Positions 13,683 to 64,000 of a stretch of 64,000 nt of DNA are shown piece by piece. The notes under the pieces are model-generated. The model saw only the letters and a program-made list of their open reading frames with translations, was not told the DNA's origin and searched no databases. This DNA comes from Octopus sinensis (taxonomy: Eukaryota): contig NC_043022.1 of NCBI RefSeq assembly GCF_006345805.1, positions 15,004,001 to 15,068,000 on the forward strand, read 5' to 3'. How positions within the stretch are numbered: position 1 is the stretch's first letter; every line of letters starts with the position of its first letter. Both the position numbers and the translations under genes were made by a program.

Positions 13683-14025
13683 TTACATATGTATGGATGT
13701 GTAGGGGGGGTGTATATCTGTATGTGTATACAGTGTATATGTGTGTGTGTGCATATATATATATGTGTGTATATAATGTGTGTGGTGTGTATATATATAT
13801 ATATATAATGTGTGTGTGCATATATATAATGTGTGTGTGCATATATATATATGTGTATATAATGTGTGTGTGTGTATATATATATTTACATATGTATGGA
13901 TGTGTAGTGGGGTGTATATCTGTATGTGTATACGTGTGTGTATGTGTATATATATATATGTGTGTGTGTGCATATATATATATATGTATATATATATAAT
14001 GTGTGTATGCCTAGATATAGGTGTG
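13610..14025. repeat. Compound (GT)/(AT) microsatellite with an internal duplication
   Basis: tttacatatgtatggatgtgtag motif repeated at about 13680 and 13885. Confidence 0.9.
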
Positions 14026-14049
14026 TTGATGAACGGGACAGGTGGGGTA

Positions 14050-15974
14050 TAAAAGTTCATTTAAAAACATCAAGGAGGTGACCAAGTGGAGGTGGGGGGG
14101 CGTGTGTTTTGCTTTGTCTTTAAAGGAGCCATCCCCAAGCCCACCCCCCTTGTCACTGCACAGGAGGTGGGTGGGGCAGGGGGGGGGGAACAGAAAACAA
14201 TCAAAAACAAACAAAAAAAATGTGTAAGTGATGGGGGGTGGGGGTGAGAAAGAAAGAAAGAACCAAAAAAAAAAAAAGAAAAAATGCCAGCACCATCCAA
14301 CCTAATCGTCAGGTCTTCGTCTTCGTTAACTTTCTGCCTAATTATGAGATCAACCACCAGAATGGTATCAGACCAGTAATACATGACACAAACAAGGTGT
14401 AGTAGTAGTAGTAGTAGTGGTGGTGGTGGTGGTGGTGGGTTAACTAGGTGGTTTGGTCTACAGTGGTTGCAGACTAAGAAGGAGCAGGGCGGCGGGGGGG
14501 GGGATATGGGTCTAATTAGGAAAAGGACCACAGGAAAAAAAGAACTAAAAAAAAAAATGAAAACTGGGACCTTCAAACATTGTATGCATCATCATCAATA
14601 CCAATACCACCAACCATCATCATCATTATCAATATGATCATCAATACCATCGCCACCATCACCACCATCATCATCATCGTCGTCGTCGTCATCAACTAAC
14701 ACCGTTAACCAATTATCATTATTTCACGCATGACCGAAACCTTTCCGTCCAACCTTACAGATTAATTATGTTTTATTATTATCATATTTTCTATTCTTCA
14801 ATACACACACACACTTATATATACACACATATATACACATATATATATACATGTATATACACATATATATATACACACATACATATATACATGTATATAC
14901 ACATATATATATATATATATACACACATACATATATACACACATATATACATGTATATACACATATATATATATATACACATACATATATACACATATAT
15001 ATATACACATACCTATATACATGTATATACACATATATATATATACACATACATATATTCATACATATATATATACACATATATACACACATACACATTG
15101 TTGTTGGCATCCTTTTGTCACGAGAGACAATGGACTTGCGCACAAAATAATCTCCTACCGTGGCTGTGTAGTCACAGCATATATATACATACGTATATAC
15201 ATACATACACACATACATATATACCTACATACACACATACATATATACCTAGACACATATATACATACATACACACATACATATATACCTAGACACATAT
15301 ATACATACATACACACATACATATATACCTAGACACATATATACATACATACACACATACATATATACCTAGACACATATATACATACATACACACATAC
15401 ATATATACCTAGACACATATATACATACATACACACATACATATATACCTAGACACATATATACATACATACACACATACATATATACCTAGACACATAT
15501 ATACATACATACACACATACATATATACCTAGACACATATATACATACATACACACATACATATATACCTAGACACATATATACATACATACACACATAC
15601 ATATATACCTAGACACATATATACATACATACACACACACATATACATATTTTGTGGGGTGGGCAGGGAAGGAGAGAATAAATTTTCTTGAAAAAGACAA
15701 AAAAAAAAAATTCCAACTTAAATTTTTTAACCTCTTCTACTTTCATTTTTCCTTCTTTTCCAGAAAAAAAAATTCTTAAATTTTATTTAAAAAAAAAAAA
15801 AGTCGATATTTTTTTTTCTCTTTAAAAAAAGTTTTGCAATTTTTGCATTCTTTCATTGTTTGTTTTCTTTCGTTTTTTTTCATTTCAATAACATTTTTTT
15901 TTATTTTAAAGTTTTTTTTTTTTTTTTTCCATATTTCTTTTGATAAATGATTAATTACATGGGTTTAACTAACA
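14050..15974 (-). other. Probable PTPN11 3' UTR (end undefined)
   Basis: Follows the stop codon; low-complexity A-rich, (GAT)n and G-rich tracts with no recognisable SINE. Minus-strand AATAAA at 15900-15905, 15782-15787 and 14772-14777; I cannot tell which is used. Confidence 0.4.
14800..15648. repeat. (AT/AC) microsatellite plus a 40-bp minisatellite x10 (15225-15648)
   Basis: cctagacacatatatacatacatacacacatacatatata with exact 40-bp period; cctaga starts at 15248 through 15608. Confidence 0.95.
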
Positions 15975-61293
<45,319 letters not shown>

Positions 61294-61654
61294 CTGGATG
61301 GAAGAAGAAAACAGGAAAAAAAAATATGATACAACGGTTTAGATTAGCAATCATTAATTAGAAAGATTAATTAAGATTTTAGTCACAGTGACCTCCCATT
61401 AGAATTAACTAACGAGAGAGCAGAAATCACATTTGAGGGTTTTTGCTCATTGCTTGGACCCTAGTTATTTCTTTAGTGTGGTACTTATTTTATCAATCTC
61501 TTTTTGACAAAGCACTAAGTTATGGAAGATAGAGACATCTGTAAAAAAACAAAAAAAAAACAATAGGTGTTAGACTGGCATAAACATAAACACAAAGCCA
61601 ATGAGATGGGGGGGAGGTCCAGTATGGAGGAGGATTACTGAGAATGCTAGAAAT

Positions 61655-62300
61655 TTCGGCCCATGGCGTCCAAGCTGCCAACAAAGCACGCGGAATTCTG
61701 TTCTTGATTCGACGGTCATTCGGAATGCTCACAGCAGCCATATTCCTACCGCTCTATGTCATACTGGTGAGACCCATATTGGAGTATGGGATTCAAGCCT
61801 CTTCTCCTTATCTCCTCAAAGACATACAACATCTCGAAAGAGTCCAGAAGCTGGCTACCCACATGGTTCTTGGTCTCAAGAATTTGTCTTATGAAGAACG
61901 GCTGAAGACGCTCGACCTTTATTCTCTAGAAAAACGCCGCCGCCGTGGTGATCTCATTCTTGCTCACAACATCATAAGCGGAAAGTGTAACCTCACGAAA
62001 GAGCTGTTCTTCACACCTGCTCCAGAGCGTCGGCTGCGGGGTCACTCCGAAAAGCTCTATCTGCAACGATTTCATCTCAATCGAAGGAGAGGGGCTTTCT
62101 CCGTCCGGGTTGCGGATCCGTGGAATAAGCTGCCGGACGAGATGGTGAAGATGCCGACGATCGCTCGGTTCAAAGTCTCTCTTGACCACAAGTGGCCTGA
62201 ACTCTTTACATGAACACCACCCTGTACATAACTCCATGTCCCCCTACATGGCCTTGCTTTTTGCTTTTTGAGCCAAAAAATTAACTAACTAACTGACTAA
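61655..62300 (+). mobile_element. CR1-clade LINE 3' end (RT C-terminus, uninterrupted ~185 codons)
   Basis: AANKARGILFLIRRSF..LYVILVRPILEYG...ERVQKLAT..LSYEERLKTLDLYSLEKRRRRGDLI..FSVRVADPWNKLP*; 3' UTR and (TAAC) tail. Confidence 0.93.
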
Positions 62301-62388
62301 ATAACTCAAACTGTACTAGTGTCTTTAGGTCTGCACAATCAGGCAAAATCATGGGCTACACAAGAACAAACACATGCACCTGTGTGTG

Positions 62389-62435
<47 letters not shown>

Positions 62436-62529
62436 ATTTGCAAGTGGTTGAGTACTGCACAGACATGCATAACCCTTAACATAATTGTCAGGGAAATATA
62501 ACATGGCACAGAATGCGACGGAATGTGAC

Positions 62530-62775
62530 AAGGATGGCACGTAAAAAGCACCATTTGAGCGTGGCCGTTGCCAGTACCGCCTGACTGGCCCTCGTGTCGG
62601 TGGCACGTAAAAAGCACCCACTACGCTCTTGGAGTGGTTGGCGTCAGGAAGGGCATCCAGCTGTAGAAACTCTGCCAAATCAGATTGGAGCCTGGTGCGG
62701 CCATCTGGTTCACCAGACCTCAGCCAAATCGTCCAACCCATGCTAGCATGGAAAGCAGACGTTAAACGATGATGA
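62530..62775 (+). mobile_element. SINE family E
   Basis: Nin-like motif and (GAT)n tail. Confidence 0.82.
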
Positions 62776-62782
62776 TATATAT

Positions 62783-62820
<38 letters not shown>

Positions 62821-63113
62821 GTATTATTATTATTATTATTGTTTTTACGTATTGTATTTTTATTCGTGTAACATCGTCCGTTTTTCCGTCCTTGTTTTGT
62901 ATACATTCGAGGCTTTCTTCCAAGGAATCTAATGCGCTTGGCTCAGATTTTCCTTTGGGGCTGGCCAGATCGGAGCAATCTCAAGATTAATCAGCCGAAA
63001 TTGCAAGGATGATCTGGTTCTTGACTGAAGATTGAAGGCTTTGAATGTCCCGTCCGTGTTTTTTGTATTGTCTTCTAAATGTTTTGCGTTCTTGTCCCAG
63101 TTTGTATTTTTTT

Positions 63114-63163
<50 letters not shown>

Positions 63164-64000
63164 TACATACATACACACAATTATATATACATATATACAC
63201 AATAAACTATTTGTATGCAATTTTTGAATTGAAGGATTAAATTAAATGGATAAAGGAGGTTAAGAAGGATTAACACCCACTCATTCCAGTGACACTGACA
63301 CAAGAAAGGAGCCTGGGTTGGAGAATCAGGTGAGGTGGGGACAGGAAAAAGAATACTTTCAAAGCCACTCAAGTGAGACCAGACCAAAACATTCCGAACC
63401 ACCCAAACACCCACACACACACTGACATGTGCATCCAAGCATCTACCCTCCCTCTAAACAATCCCACACTCCCCACCTCTCCAATCTTCCTGAACTCCAG
63501 GGAAATCATCTCACCACTTACCCATTTTCCTTCTGTGCAGGGAAACAGAGGATGTTTCGATGGTAAGACCATCATTCTGGGACATCCATTCCCAGAAAAA
63601 GAGAAAAAAATCCCCAGATTATTAGGCAGTGGACAGGGTTTATGGAAATTTGAGAATTTTGCTCTGGAAAAGTGCTTTTGTTTCATGAGGGAGCAGGTGC
63701 TGAGGGTGGGGTAGTGAGCCAAGGGTCAAACTCTGGCCATGAAACTTTTTCTCCCTGATTTAAGGTAACCAGGTACAGGTTGAACAAAGAACCCCTTAAT
63801 ATAATCCAGGACACACAAATACATACAGGCACATATGTATTATACACATCACATGCATATATACACACACAAATAAGTATGTATATATATATACAAACAC
63901 ACATAATACATATAAACATATATATTATACATACACCATACACAAATATACACACACCTCTTGCACATATACACATGCACACAGATATATACACACATTA

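Noticed and set aside
63522-63600. Minus-strand ATGG|GTAAGT as PTPN11 exon 1
   Set aside because: The ATG gives phase 1 but exon 2 needs phase 2, and the phase-2 frame has a TGA with no ATG. Exon 1 most likely lies beyond the window.

Overview
AT-rich, repeat-saturated metazoan genomic DNA. The SINE/MITE families and very long (AT)/(AC) microsatellites point to an octopus (inference). The window holds almost all of one gene on the minus strand: a PTPN11/SHP2 (corkscrew) tyrosine phosphatase with N-SH2, C-SH2, a classical PTP domain and a tail carrying both YxN motifs. I traced 14 coding exons (equivalent to human exons 2-15) from 61293 down to a TGA at 15975, all with GT-AG boundaries and consistent phases (1840 nt of CDS). 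Five of them (exons 2, 8, 9, 13, 15) are not shown in their coding frame in the ORF track, and the short first coding exon lies outside the window. The rest is SINEs (four families), LINE relics (CR1, RTE, Tx1, R4/Dong), a maT transposase relic, MITEs, non-autonomous Helitrons, minisatellites and local tandem duplications. I found no second protein-coding gene and no clearly new multi-gene system. The best leads are: (1) this SHP2 lacks both redox backdoor cysteines (C333->P, C367->S) and has N58S and M504L-type residues as its genomic sequence; (2) a candidate internal first exon whose splice junction would create an in-frame ATG, giving an N-SH2-truncated isoform; (3) competing inverted-SINE stems around exon 8; (4) a degenerate ~300-bp triplicate with codon-level conservation of unknown origin. 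Human residue numbers and exon sizes are from memory, and repeat boundaries are approximate unless a TSD or TIR is quoted.
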